64,000 nt of DNA, taken from Trichosphaerium sp. ATCC 40318. Taxonomy: Eukaryota > Protista > Tubulinea. The position numbers and the translations under genes were made by a program. Below the pieces are notes generated by a model. It worked only from the letters and a program-made list of their open reading frames with translations, searched no databases and was not told the DNA's origin. The stretch's first letter is position 1. Each line of letters starts with the position of its first letter. Below are positions 25,501 through 38,900 of this stretch, piece by piece. Where the stretch lies: assembly GCA_038496445.1 (NCBI GenBank), contig JALMLS010000479.1, positions 186,001 to 250,000 of the forward strand, given 5' to 3'.

Positions 25501-27615
25501 ATGTCTTCTAACATGAGCGGTATGGCTCTAGAGCCAGTAAAATGCAAATGGTATCAATACAAATGGGTTGGGCAAACTTTTGGGTTTTTCTTAGCGACTG
25601 GTGGCGTAGGCGGATTGTCTTGGGCTGGATGGGAAGGATATATGCTACGTGATGCAATACTAACATGGAAAAACGTTTTGCCAGTAGTTGGAGAGGTGGA
25701 GTTTAATTTATTTCTAATTTCAAATATCTGACGCCTGTTTTAAGGTATTTGCGGGTACATCAGCGCTTGTAGGCGGTATCTACTTTATGCGCTATAAAAA
25801 ATACTATTTCGACCCAAAAGCTCGCGCAGAGTACTTTGAAGCGTTTATCAACAACCCTCTAATGGAGGTACGCATACAGTAGGTCCACAAACTGTGCTGA
25901 CTCATTCATTTGTTAGTCAATACAAGAACACGGTTGGAACCACCTATTCAATGGTATGACAGAATATGCCACTACTAACTATTTTTGGCATTTGAGCATT
26001 TTGTTCGTTTTTTTTTGAGTTTTACACTAAATGCGTTTAGTTGCTTCTTTAATGGTCGTATCCAATAAACTACGTGATGAGATACTCAGTGGATCTATGG
26101 GCTTGCACAAAATAGTACAAGCATACAATATTAAGAACTGTCAAGAATTCTTGACAAGGTACAATATTTTTGCTCTTTTTTTATTTGGGTTTTTATGAGT
26201 TCCCAACCTTTTCAAGTTCTTACCCCGTTTGTTTAGAAAAGTTCTAACCACTGAATTTATGGGGCAAAAATTTAATGAGGATTTGAACGCACCTGGGGAC
26301 CTTCCAAGTTTGTTTCTGCGTGTTGCAGAGTACGGATCATGGTACGAAGAAAACAAAAAAAAAACTTGAACCAAAAGGACTAACATGTGACGTATTAGGG
26401 CTGTTGAAAACGATGTTGTTGACTCCAATACTATTGTACAAGCACTAGAAATTGATGAAAAAACTATGAGCATGTCATTCGATGAGATGCATAAGGCAGG
26501 ACTAGTACGATTAACAAAAGAAGGATTGAGTATGTATTTTTTTTTCGTTTTTCTGCTTCTCAAAAATGCATGTGTCTCATTCTTAATTAAGCACCTTCTA
26601 TTGCCTACTTGAAACAAAGATTCTTTGATGACGTAAGACAAAAAGACTTGACGTTCCAAAGGATATACGAATCTTATGGACCTTGGATAACCAGTAGCGG
26701 TGTATGCATTTTTCTTTTAGATTCGATACTGACTTTTTTTTTTCCGAACAGATAGCCGAACCTGAGGAGCTTGCACCTCTATTTCAAAAGGAATTAGCAA
26801 CTAGAAGCTTTACAGATATTGCTGATAAATACTGGGAGTGGCCTATTACTGAATGCATGGAGCGAATAGGAGTCACAACGTCTCAGTTTGATAAATTACG
26901 TGAACTCAAAGATCAGGTATGCATTGTGTTTAAATATCATTGCTCACAACTCTACCCTTTAGTACGACACTGCCAAGACAATATGTAACGAGGATAAACA
27001 GCTCAATTCTACCACTTGTGCAAAAGAACTTGCAGTAGCAGCAAATGTGAGATCGTAAGTGTTCTTTGTTTGCATTGTTTGGTTATTGACGGACATGTTT
27101 TAGCGATAAAGTGTCATCCATCAAGAATGAATATAGACGTGATAAGCTTAACTTGGATCGTAAATATAAAGGAACAATTTCCATGGCTTACACTAGGGAG
27201 CATTCAGTAATAAAAAGATCCAGAGATAGTAGGATAAGCGAGGCAAAGACTCAGGAATCGTATGTGAATTCTTTTTTTTTGAAATTTCTTCACAAAAAGT
27301 ACTGATACACTTTTTCAGAGCAGCGATAACACGTGCTGAAAATGAAAGAGATAGAGAAAATAGACGTGTTGACCGCACACTTGATGAAAAGAAGGAGAGA
27401 CTGAATAAAGAGTGGATGACATACTATAGACGTGCGAGCCACGGGTCGGGAAGGCCTGGTAATGGTGGGAATGTCGTTGTAAATGCAGGAGGAGCACAAG
27501 TACGTTAGGATTTGTTATTACCTACCTCTTTTTTCAGTCTTGCTTGCTAACATTCTTTTTAAAGGTCGTTGTCAATATGCCACAACAGAACTACGAACCA
27601 TCTGCTCCTTACTAG
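25501..27615 (+). CDS. Hypothetical membrane protein: N-terminal hydrophobic hairpin, helical middle, coiled-coil tail ending PSAPY
   Basis: Consistent GT-AG exon chain, two Gly-rich hydrophobic segments, a charged coiled coil and a final exon VVVNMPQQNYEPSAPY*. Confidence 0.6.
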
Positions 27616-27883
27616 TTGAATTCGAAATAAACAAATTTTTTAACAACTCGTTCAAAGAATTATTCAATTTGGTTTGCCAAAGTTAATCTTAGATGCCCTT
27701 TTGCTCCTCCAAAGAAGTTTCGTTTACTCAAAAAAACAGTGCAAAACGTATTTTGCAATCTCTGTGCATGGTGATGCTATGGTGGCAGTATTTAAACGTT
27801 GTGCACAGCAAGCGATAAAAATAAAGAAAACTCGACAATTTTTTGCTAGTATCAAATCGGCAATTGCAATATATGTAGTGTAG

Positions 27884-28296
27884 CTTATCCGCGTAACAAC
27901 TTCATCTCTATTGACGCCGCCTCCAACTACGTTACTTACTACCACTGCCCCACCTACACTCTCCAACAACGGTCTCCAACTCCAATGCCTTCACCTCCAA
28001 CCACTTTATCTCCAAGTACAACTCCTCCAACAGTACCACCAACTACAATTATTCCTACAGAACTCACCTCAACGTCTACCCCAACAACTACGGTGCCAAC
28101 AGAACAGCCAACTGCAACCATAGCAGTAACTTCTGGCGAGTTGAATGTCGCCAATCTTGTAATTTTCGTACTTTGTAGCATAGCGCTGATCGAAATACTG
28201 GTTGTTGGTACTGTCCAAACAAAACTTTTTTTAGCAACACGTGGCCAGAAGTGCTTACACTTTTGTAGATTCCATCATGAGGAAGACGTAAATTGA
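27884..28296 (+). pseudogene. Pro/Thr-rich (mucin-like) stalk + TM fragment, frameshifted
   Basis: TPPPTTLLTTTAPPT in one frame and PSPPTTLSPSTTPPTVPPTT...LVIFVLCSIALIEILVVG in another. No clear 5' exon or signal peptide. Confidence 0.4.
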
Positions 28297-28390
28297 TTTT
28301 TGATCATTTTTATTTTATGATTTTTTTTTTTTTGGTTTTTTTTTTCAATTTTTTATCTTTTCTTTTTTCATGTGAGCTATGGTACACCAC

Positions 28391-30590
28391 TCACCCTTCA
28401 TCAACATACAACTTTCTGTCTAAAGGGGAAAAAAAGACATTAATAAAAAAACAGCAAGCTAAGGGAAGTACAAAAAATAAAAATAACAAATACGCACCAA
28501 TTTCCTTAGGGATTGGAAGAATCTCAGTGTCCAGCTCCTTCTCAATCTTGTACAGGTTAAAACGGTCTTCATACGTTACAAGGTTAACAGCAATTCCCAA
28601 GTGACCGAATCGACCACCTCTACCAATTCTATACAAAACTGTAAGTCCATCGTCAAACAATCAAAAAAACTAACTGACTAAAAAACAAAATCCAAAAAAA
28701 AAAGATGAACGTGCCTGTGAAGGTAAGTTTCCGAATTTTTAGGAAAATCAAAGTTAATTACAACATTAACAGCTTGTATATCAATACCACGGGTGAATAG
28801 ATCTAAAAGACACACCAGTTAGCGAGAAAAAAAAAGAAAAATGATTTTTTTTGTACGCACCAGTCGAGACTAAATTACGGCAAGCACCGCGTCTGAAATC
28901 GTGAAATACTCTGTTTCTGTGCTCTTGAAGCATCTTTGCGTGAATATAGAAACAAGAGTATCCAAGCTCTGTAATTTTTTTGGCAAGGAGTTCAACTCTG
29001 TTTACTGAATTGCAAAATATTATCGATTGGTTAATTTCCAGCTAAACCTCAATAAGTAAGACATAACAGAAAAAAGAGCAAACTAAAACTATGCCAAAAG
29101 TGAAAAGCGAGAAAACAAAAAACCAAAAAAAAAGTAGAGAGACTCACCTTTGAGAATAGAGTATTGAGACAGTGGAGCTTTTGTCGCTCTTCTACAAATG
29201 CGTAGAACTGCGTGACACCCTTTTGTAATACAATATTAGTAAACTTTGAAGGTGTACATTATTAGAAAGGCGCAAGCGTACTCTTAATGTGAGTTCCGAC
29301 ATGAGATTAATTTTAAACGGATTTTTTAAGTTCTTGTCCATGAACAACTACCCACTACGTTAACCATGGCATTCTTATGAATATTGTGCTTTGTAAGGTA
29401 CCTTTACAGCCTTTGGGAAGGTAGCAGAGAATAACAAAATTTGACGTTGAGGGTTGGCAAATGAGAAAATCCTTTCCATCAACGGTTGGAATTCAGGTGA
29501 CAACAATTTATCTGCTTCATCGAGTACAACGTAGCTACATTTCCCCAACTTGGCAATTTTTCTTGTAGCCAAATCTAATACACGTCCAGGGGTTGCTACG
29601 AGTATATGTACTCCATCCATTAAACGAATGATATCATCTATATAACGCGTAAGCCGTACTTTGGTTTTTGTTTTCAGAAAAAAAAAAATTATATTTGAGG
29701 TCTACGCGCGTAAAGAAAAACAAATTGGGTCGTATCCCTGGTAAACACATACCTTTTAGAGATGTTCCACCAGTAGTTACCATAACTTTGAGGCCTTGTA
29801 AGAATTTACCTAGTTTTTTCGTTTCTTGGGAAATTTGTAGAGCCAATTCGCGGGTAGGAACCAAGATGAGAGCTATATTGATCATAAGCGCCAATAGAAT
29901 AGAAAAAATGTTTGACTCATTGAAAAAAAAAAAAGGGGTATTGCTTATGTCTGTCGGAATATTGGCTGTTAGTGGTTTTTTTTTGTGTTAGCCAATAACA
30001 CGCGATAAATCGGTTGGTATTAATGACAAATGTCGCATAAAACGATTTTCGCTATTTAAGCTTCATAGTTGCAAATACAGGTGTCATTACGCTCAACGAG
30101 CAATAATAGGCGTGAATTTTGAGAAAGTAGCGTTCATAGCTCAAACAGCACTGACTTGCCTTGAATTTCGTCCTTTGAAGGGTCTACCTTCTCTAGAGCA
30201 GGAACAAGGAAACTAGCGGTCTTTCCAGTGCCGTTTTTGGCTCTCGCCAAGATATCGCGGCCTTTGAGTGCAGGAGGGATCGCTTCCTCTTGTATTGGCG
30301 AAGGGTTATCAAAACCCTTCTCGTGGATACCCTTGAGGAGTTCTCGCTTCAAATAAAAGTCCTGCCACTGCAAACCTTTTGTGTTTGTCACATCCTACAA
30401 CACTCGGTCACCTGTGCCCCAAAATGCACCTACAAAGAAAATGCTGTACCTCTGTTTGTAGTCTTGAATCTCTACCCCTTTTGAGTGAGTCAGTCCAGTG
30501 TTCGCTATCGCCATTCTGGGCGGCAGCGTTGGCACTAAATTAAATGTCTGAGTTGTGCGTGGTTAATGCAGGTAGTAAAAATTACGTCAT
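28391..30590 (-). CDS. DDX6: DEAD-box RNA helicase DDX6/Dhh1
   Basis: [69 protein letters not shown]. The first coding exon appears to be only ATGAC. Two GC-AG introns. Confidence 0.96.
29945..30092 (-). ncRNA. Candidate intronic H/ACA snoRNA in a DDX6 intron
   Basis: Hairpin closed by TAATGACA/TGTCATTA, then ATACCA (ANANNA), a second hairpin with TATTGGCT/AGCCAATA, then ACA. About 148 nt inside an unusually long 287-nt intron. Confidence 0.3.
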
Positions 30591-31113
30591 GTAAGCCGTT
30601 GGGCGCGTGTATTTATAAGGATTATTTTAGAACTTGTTCTTTCACCTAGTTTTGTGCAGGTACTGGCCTAAGGGAGGTGGTGGTTAAGTTTTCTTTTAAC
30701 AGGCGACAGCTGTCATCTGTCAATATCGTAAACACTTTAATGAGATACTACAGTAGCTCTCGCTCTATATGTGATGTTTATTCAGACATGTCATAAATAG
30801 ATCCAACCACATTTCTGTCCAATAGCGTTAGATGAATACTTTAGCATCTAAAGAAGCGCTATTTTTCATTTACGAAGCAACTAAGCAGCCTGGGCAAAGT
30901 CAATAGCAATCAACACATCGGCGCTTGTAGAAACGCTGATACTCCTCACCAAACGAAGGGTGCGTAGTACTTTTACCAGACGAAACGTTTCTGGCTTGAT
31001 AAAGAAACTATTAGTTTAAATTAAGAAAACCTCTTTTCAAAGTAACGGGTCTTATCTGAACGATACTTAAACGCATTTAATACTAACTATCTTGAAGACG
31101 AACACCAATCCTC

Positions 31114-34100
31114 ATGAGCTTGAGCGACGCTTTTGAGCTCGAGTCTGACTACACTGGGTACGTCAACTGCCGCGTTTGATAACAATTAGCAGTTATATTG
31201 CATAAAATCCGTTTTGCGCTAGCGCTTCAGCGTTTTGACGCAGTAAACCAGCCCCCCCACCGACCATAGCATAAACTAGTTTACCTAAATGCGTTTAGGG
31301 ACATTGCTTTAGAGAGCTTCGACGATGGCATTAGTTTCGAAGAGTCAGCAGAGCCAAAGGAGCGTGTATCATGGGATGCCAAATGGAAAAAAGACAAAAA
31401 GCGAAAAACAGCTGACACTACTCAAGTAGATGATAAAGATGACGTATGTTACCGATTTAGCTTCACCTGTTTGAGTGAAATTGTAGACCACATAATTTCT
31501 CCTTTCTACTCAAACCAACGCTTGTTTAACCATCCAATAGGACAGTCACATCATTACAGTGAAGGAACTATGCACGCGTTTGAAAGTAGACCCGACAATC
31601 GGCTTGACAGCTCGCGAGGTCTGGGAGAGGCAACAAGTATATGGTAAAAACGTACTCACGCCACCAAAAGAAACAGCAGCATGGATCATGGTATGTCGGC
31701 CTTTCAATGAATTTGGGTTTCACCCAAATGAAAAAAAAAAAAACAAACAAAGACGTCACTTTCTCACTCTTATGCCTAGTTTGTTTCTCATCTGTTATCC
31801 GGATTTTCTTTGTTACTATGGGTTGCTGCTCTGCTTTGTTTCATATCATTTGGTATTGACCCTAAGAACGCCAGAGAGAATGTACTTGAAACTTTTTAGT
31901 TTTTTGTTTTTCATGTTGAAGTCCTTTACTCATATTTTTGTTCCTTCCTTTAGTTATACCTTGGTATTGTATTGGTTACTGTCGTTGTTGTAACTGCTGT
32001 ATTCAGTTACTATCAAGAGGCACAATCTAAAAAGATTATGGGATCATTTAAGAAGCTTTTACCAAGCATGGCAAAAGTACTGCGCGAAGGCGAATGGGTA
32101 CAAGTTGCAGCTGAAGGTAACTGTTACAGTATTACCGACTTATTTAGCTCATTATTCTTTAAGATATTGTCAACGGAGACGTCATAGAAGTCACCAGTGG
32201 AGGTATGTTGAATAGACTTGTTAACATATTAAAGACTTTGAAATACTGACGATTTGTTGTCATTAGATACTATCCCGGCTGATATTCGTATTATTAGAAC
32301 CAATATGCTTAAAGTGGACAATAGCTCGCTCACTGGTGAATCTGAACCTCAACCTAGATCGGTAGAAATGACAGATGAGGTAAGTTATTCGATTACAATG
32401 TAGCTTTACTTTTTATTTCAAGTTTTTGTTTAACTTTTATTAGCTTTCTTTTGAGACTAGAAATCTTGCTTTTTACAGTACACTCGCAGTAGAAGGAGAA
32501 GGTGCTGGTATAGTTATTGCTACTGGTGATAGAACAGCCATTGGTAAAATAGCGTACCTCGTTCAGACTACAGAAGAAGTTGCAACGCCAATGAGTAGAG
32601 AACTTGCGCACTTTGTTTGGTAAGTAATATTTTTTCTTTGAAATGGATTTTTATGAAATCTCCAAGCGACTTATCGCTGTTACATTGGTCTGGACAAGAC
32701 TGTTTTTGTTTTTTTTTTTGGCCACGTGTTTAAATATTTATATTTATTGTGTTATTTTTAGGTTTATTCTCATTGTGTCTGTTACATTCGGTGCAATTTG
32801 CTTCATTTTTGGGTTATTCGAAAAATTTTCATTCATTCTGAACGTTGTCTACTCTATTGGTATTATTGTTGCCAATGTACCTGAAGGTCTATTGGGTACT
32901 GTAACAACAGCCCTCTCAATTACTGCGAGACGTTTGGCGGTGAAAAACGTTCTAGTAAAGAACTTGGAAGCTGTTGAGGTACCAACCAATATCCATCTTC
33001 ATTTTTTTTTTGAAACGAAAAAAAGAATATTCGCACTAATGTTGCAACTCTAGACTCTTGGATGTACATCTATAATTTGCTCTGATAAGACAGGAACCCT
33101 TACTCAAAATAAGATGACTGTACGCCATCTATGGTATGATTTGGAAGTAAAGGGTGTGGATCAAGAACAAGAAGATGCCTTTGATTCTCAAGAAACAACT
33201 TGCCAGAGACTCATCAGAATCGCTGGTCTTGCAAACCGTGCAGTATTTGACCCTAAGGACTCTCAAACAGCAGTACCATATAGGTTCGTGCATTGTATTA
33301 TGCCTATCACATACGTAGTGAATCTTATGGTTGTATAGATTGACTATTGGTGACGGCTCTGAATCAGCATTGATCAAGTTTGTTCAACCAATAACCGATA
33401 TTCTTGAGATGAGATCAAATTATGAGAGTGTCACTGAAATTCCTTTCAATAGCACTAACAAGTACTCTCTATCAATTCATCGTCTTCCAAAGGATGAAAC
33501 GCAAGGTGGAAAGTATTCTTATGTATTGTGTATGAAAGGTGCTCCAGAACGTATCATACAGCGATGTGGTAGTATCATGGTTAACGGCGCTGTACGACTT
33601 CTTGCTTTTTTTTTTTCTTTTTTTTTTTATTTTTATGAAGTTGGTTGGTTTGTTGACGTCTTGTTACAGCCAGTAGCCTTGAAGAAAAAACATAAAACTG
33701 CATTCTCTGATGCGTATGATCAACTTGGTAATCAAGGAGAACGCGTTCTTGGATTTGCAGAGTTGTTATTGGAAACAAGTGAGTTCCCTGCTGACTTCGA
33801 GTTTGATATGAAGACAATACCAATGGAAGGCAAGTCAACTTGTTCGTTATCAGTTGTCTAATGTGATGTCTTATTAGATCTGTGTTTTATTGGATTACTT
33901 GCTATGATTGATCCACCAAGAGCAGCTGTACCAAATGCTGTCCGATTATGTCAGACAGCGAATATTAAAGTCATCATGGTCACTGGTGCGACTTTCTTTC
34001 TTTTTTTTCTTTTGGTTTTGACATCACGTTTTGTTGCAATGCAGTATTAAAATCTCCATAGGTGACCATCCAATTACTGCAAAGGCTATTGCTCGCCAAG

Positions 34101-35943
34101 TAGGTATATTCAAGGGAAGGACAGCAGAAGATATCGCCGCAGAAGAAGGTATTCCGCTTGATGAGGTTGATAAGAATGATGCTTCTTCAATTGTTGTACA
34201 CGGTTCGCAGTTGGCTGAAATGGATGCCACTGAGCTAGAAGAGTATGTTGTTGATAAATTTCAAGTGAACGTAGTAGTGAGTGTTTGCTAATACATGCTT
34301 AGAGTGCTGCAATACGAAGAGATTGTTTTCGCTAGAACAACACCAGAGCAAAAATTATTGATTGTTCAAGGTTGCCAACGCATGGGCCATGTTGTTGCTG
34401 TAACTGGTGATGGTGTTAACGATTCACCAGCATTAAAGCGTGCTAATATTGGTATTGCTATGGGTATTACTGGAACTGATGTATCAAAGAGCGCTGCTGA
34501 CATGATCCTCTTGTACGTCTAAGACTTGGGTTTGCTTTTTTTTTTTTTTTTTGGTTGGCTGACTTTATGTTTTCAGGGATGATAATTTCGCCAGTATTGT
34601 GCTTGGTGTTGAGGAAGGTCGTCTTATTTTTGATAATCTTAAAAAGTCTATCGCCTACACACTATCTTCAAATATTCCTGAGTTGTTTCCTTTCGTTGCA
34701 GTATGTGTTTTTTTTTTGGTTTTCTTTTTGATTTGTTGTGTTGTGTTGTGCTAATCAATTGTTTTTAATAGTTCATCTTGTTCCAAATTCCACTTCCTTT
34801 GACCACTGTTCTTATACTATCTATTGATGTTGGTACAGATCTACTTCCAGCTATTGCCTTGGTACGTCACCAGAAAGGGCACAGTTTCTTCTCGTAACTT
34901 AGAAAACAAATGTTTGAATGACTGATTTATACTCACTTTGAACTTTAGGCATATGAAGGACCAGAACTAGATATTATGAAACGTCACCCTAGAAAGCTGA
35001 CATCTAGGCTTGTTGGTATGCGATTAATTGGGTTTTCTTATCTTCAGATCGGTGTTATGCAAGGTACGTTCATAACGTCTGTTTGACAACTATTACTCAC
35101 TTTCTTTCTTCAGCTTTAGCAGGGTTCTATGCCTACTTTATCGCCATGGGTGAAGGTGATTATCCTAATGGTAGAGGATTCCATCCGTGGATGCTTGTTG
35201 GTATCGTAGATGATTATATTGACGAAACTAAAGTCTGCCGAATTTCTTTCGGACCTGGATCTGTAAATTGCTTTGTACCACCTGTGGTCAACGCTACAAT
35301 GCCTGCAGTACTTCCAAACACTACATCAGAGTATTATGATTTATGTTGGCATACTGCTGGTGCTGTCAATGGGAGCATGACTTTTGAACCTAATTGGCCT
35401 TGCTTTGAACTTACAAGGAGAACACTATTGCGACGTGCACAGACTGCTTTTTTCGTTGCTATTATTGTTGTTCAGTGGTCTTGCTTGCTTATCACAAAGA
35501 CTAGACGTTTATCTCTCTTTCAACAAGGCATGAAGTACGTGAATGAGTTCACAGGTTAACAAAACGACGTGAGTTAATCTGTTTTCTTAGAAATTGGGTT
35601 TTGAATGCTGGATTGGTTATTGAAACTGCACTGGCATTGTTTATTGTCTATGTGCCTTTTATGAATAGCGCTTTTGCTACTGAACCTATATCGTTCATTC
35701 ATTGGGTTACACCACTTCCTTTCGCGGTTTTAATCGTACGTCAAAATGATAATCATGTGTTTTTTTTTTCAATCAATTTTTTATTCTCACTGTTTTTTTA
35801 GTTTGTTTATGATGAAATTCGTAAATGGATTCTAAGGACTTATCCAGAAGGTACGGGTGTTTATTTTTTTGTGTTTTGTTTGTTTTGGTTTTTATACTGA
35901 ATATTGTTATGTAGGGTTTGTTGCAAAGCACACATACTATTAA
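31114..35943 (+). CDS. P2C-type ATPase (Na+/K+-ATPase alpha-like), complete copy
   Basis: [79 protein letters not shown]. The terminal exon GFVAKHTYY* resembles KETYY. Confidence 0.95.
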
Positions 35944-38900
35944 AAAAAAAAAACTGTGAAAAAAAAAAAAACAATTATCATTTTGACGTACGATTAAAAC
36001 CGCGAAAGGAAGTGGTGTAACCCAATGAATGAACGATATAGGTTCAGTAGCAAAAGCGCTATTCATAAAAGGCACATAGACAATAAACAATGCCAGTGCA
36101 GTTTCAATAACCAATCCAGCATTCAAAACCCAATTTCTAAGAAAACAGATTAACTCACGTCGTTTTGTTAACCTGTGAACTCATTCACGTACTTCATGCC
36201 TTGTTGAAAGAGAGATAATCGTCTAGTCTTTGTGATAAGCAAGCAAGACCACTGAACAACAATAATAGCAACGAAAAAAGCAGTCTGTGCACGTCGCAAT
36301 AGTGTTCTCCTTGTAAGTTCAAAGCAAGGCCAATTAGGTTCAAAAGTCATGCTCCCATTGACAGCACCAGCAGTATGCCAACATAAATCATAATACTCTG
36401 ATGTAGTGTTTGGAAGTACTGCAGGCATTGTAGCGTTGACCACAGGTGGTACAAAGCAATTTACAGATCCAGGTCCGAAAGAAATTCGGCAGACTTTAGT
36501 TTCGTCAATATAATCATCTACGATACCAACAAGCATCCACGGATGGAATCCTCTACCATTAGGATAATCACCTTCACCCATGGCGATAAAGTAGGCATAG
36601 AACCCTGCTAAAGCTGAAGAAAGAAAGTGAGTAATAGTTGTCAAACAGACGTTATGAACGTACCTTGCATAACACCGATCTGAAGATAAGAAAACCCAAT
36701 TAATCGCATACCAACAAGCCTAGATGTCAGCTTTCTAGGGTGACGTTTCATAATATCTAGTTCTGGTCCTTCATATGCCTACAGTTCAAAGTGAGTATAA
36801 ATCAGTCATTCAAACATTTGTTTTCTAAGTTACGAGAAGAAACTGTGCCCTTTCTGGTGACGTACCAAGGCAATAGCTGGAAGTAGATCTGTACCAACAT
36901 CAATAGATAGTATAAGAACAGTGGTCAAAGGAAGTGGAATTTGGAACAAGATGAACTATTAAAAACAATTGATTAGCACAACACAACACAACAAATCAAA
37001 GAAAACCAAAAAAAAACACATACTGCAACGAAAGGAAACAACTCAGGAATATTTGAAGATAGTGTGTAGGCGATAGACTTTTTAAGATTATCAAAAATAA
37101 GACGACCTTCCTCAACACCAAGCACAATACTGGCGAAATTATCATCCCTGAAAACATAAAGTCAGCCAACCAAAAAAAAAAAAAAAAAGCAAACCCAAGT
37201 CTTAGACGTACAAGAGGATCATGTCAGCAGCGCTCTTTGATACATCAGTTCCAGTAATACCCATAGCAATACCAATATTAGCACGCTTTAATGCTGGTGA
37301 ATCGTTAACACCATCACCAGTTACAGCAACAACATGGCCCATGCGTTGGCAACCTTGAACAATCAATAATTTTTGCTCTGGTGTTGTTCTAGCGAAAACA
37401 ATCTCTTCGTATTGCAGCACTCTAAGCATGTATTAGCAAACACTCACTACTACGTTCACTTGAAATTTATCAAATACATACTCCTCTAGCTCAGTGGCAT
37501 CCATTTCAGCCAACTGCGAACCGTGTACAACAATTGAAGAAGCATCATTTTTATCAACCTCATCAAGCGGAATACCTTCTTCTGCGGCGATATCTTCTGC
37601 TGTTCTTCCCTTGAATATACCTACTTGGCGAGCAATAGCCTTTGCAGTAATTGGGTGGTCACCTATGGAGATTTTAATACTGCATTGCAACAAAACGTGA
37701 TGTCAAAACCAAAAGAAAAAAAAGAAAGAAAGTCGCACCAGTGACCATGATGACTTTAATATTCGCTGTCTGACATAATCGGACAGCATTTGGTACAGCT
37801 GCTCTTGGTGGATCAATCATAGCAAGTAATCCAATAAAACACAGATCTAATAAGACATCACATTAGACAACTGATAACGAACAAGTTGACTTGCCTTCCA
37901 TTGGTATTGTCTTCATATCAAACTCGAAGTCAGCAGGGAACTCACTTGTTTCCAATAACAACTCTGCAAATCCAAGAACGCGTTCTCCTTGATTACCAAG
38001 TTGATCATACGCATCAGAGAATGCAGTTTTATGTTTTTTCTTCAAGGCTACTGGCTGTAACAAGACGTCAACAAACCAACCAACTTCATAAAAATAAAAA
38101 AAAAAAGAAAAAAAAAAGCAAGAAGTCGTACAGCGCCGTTAACCATGATACTACCACATCGCTGTATGATACGTTCTGGAGCACCTTTCATACACAATAC
38201 ATAAGAATACTTTCCACCTTGCGTTTCATCCTTTGGAAGACGATGAATTGATAGAGAGTACTTGTTAGTGCTATTGAAAGGAATTTCAGTGACACTCTCA
38301 TAATTTGATCTCATCTCAAGAATATCGGTTATTGGTTGAACAAACTTGATCAATGCTGATTCAGAGCCGTCACCAATAGTCAATCTATACAACCATAAGA
38401 TTCACTACGTATGTGATAGGTATAATACAATGCACGAACCTGTATGGTACTGCTGTTTGAGAGTCCTTAGGGTCAAATACTGCACGGTTTGCAAGACCAG
38501 CGATTCTGATGAGTCTCTGGCAAGTTGTTTCTTGAGAATCAAAGGCATCTTCTTGTTCTTGATCCACACCCTTTACTTCCAAATCATACCATAGATGGCG
38601 TACAGTCATCTTATTTTGAGTAAGGGTTCCTGTCTTATCAGAGCAAATTATAGATGTACATCCAAGAGTCTAGAGTTGCAACATTGTGAGTGCTATTATT
38701 TCTTTTTTTCGTTTCAAAAAAAAGTGAAGATGGATATTGGTTGGTACCTCAACAGCTTCCAAGTTCTTTACTAGAACGTTTTTTACCGCTAAACGTCTCG
38801 CAGTAATTGAGAGGGCTGTTGTTACAGTACCCAATAGACCTTCAGGTACATTGGCAACAATGATACCGATAGAGTAGACAACGTTCAGAATGAATGAAAA

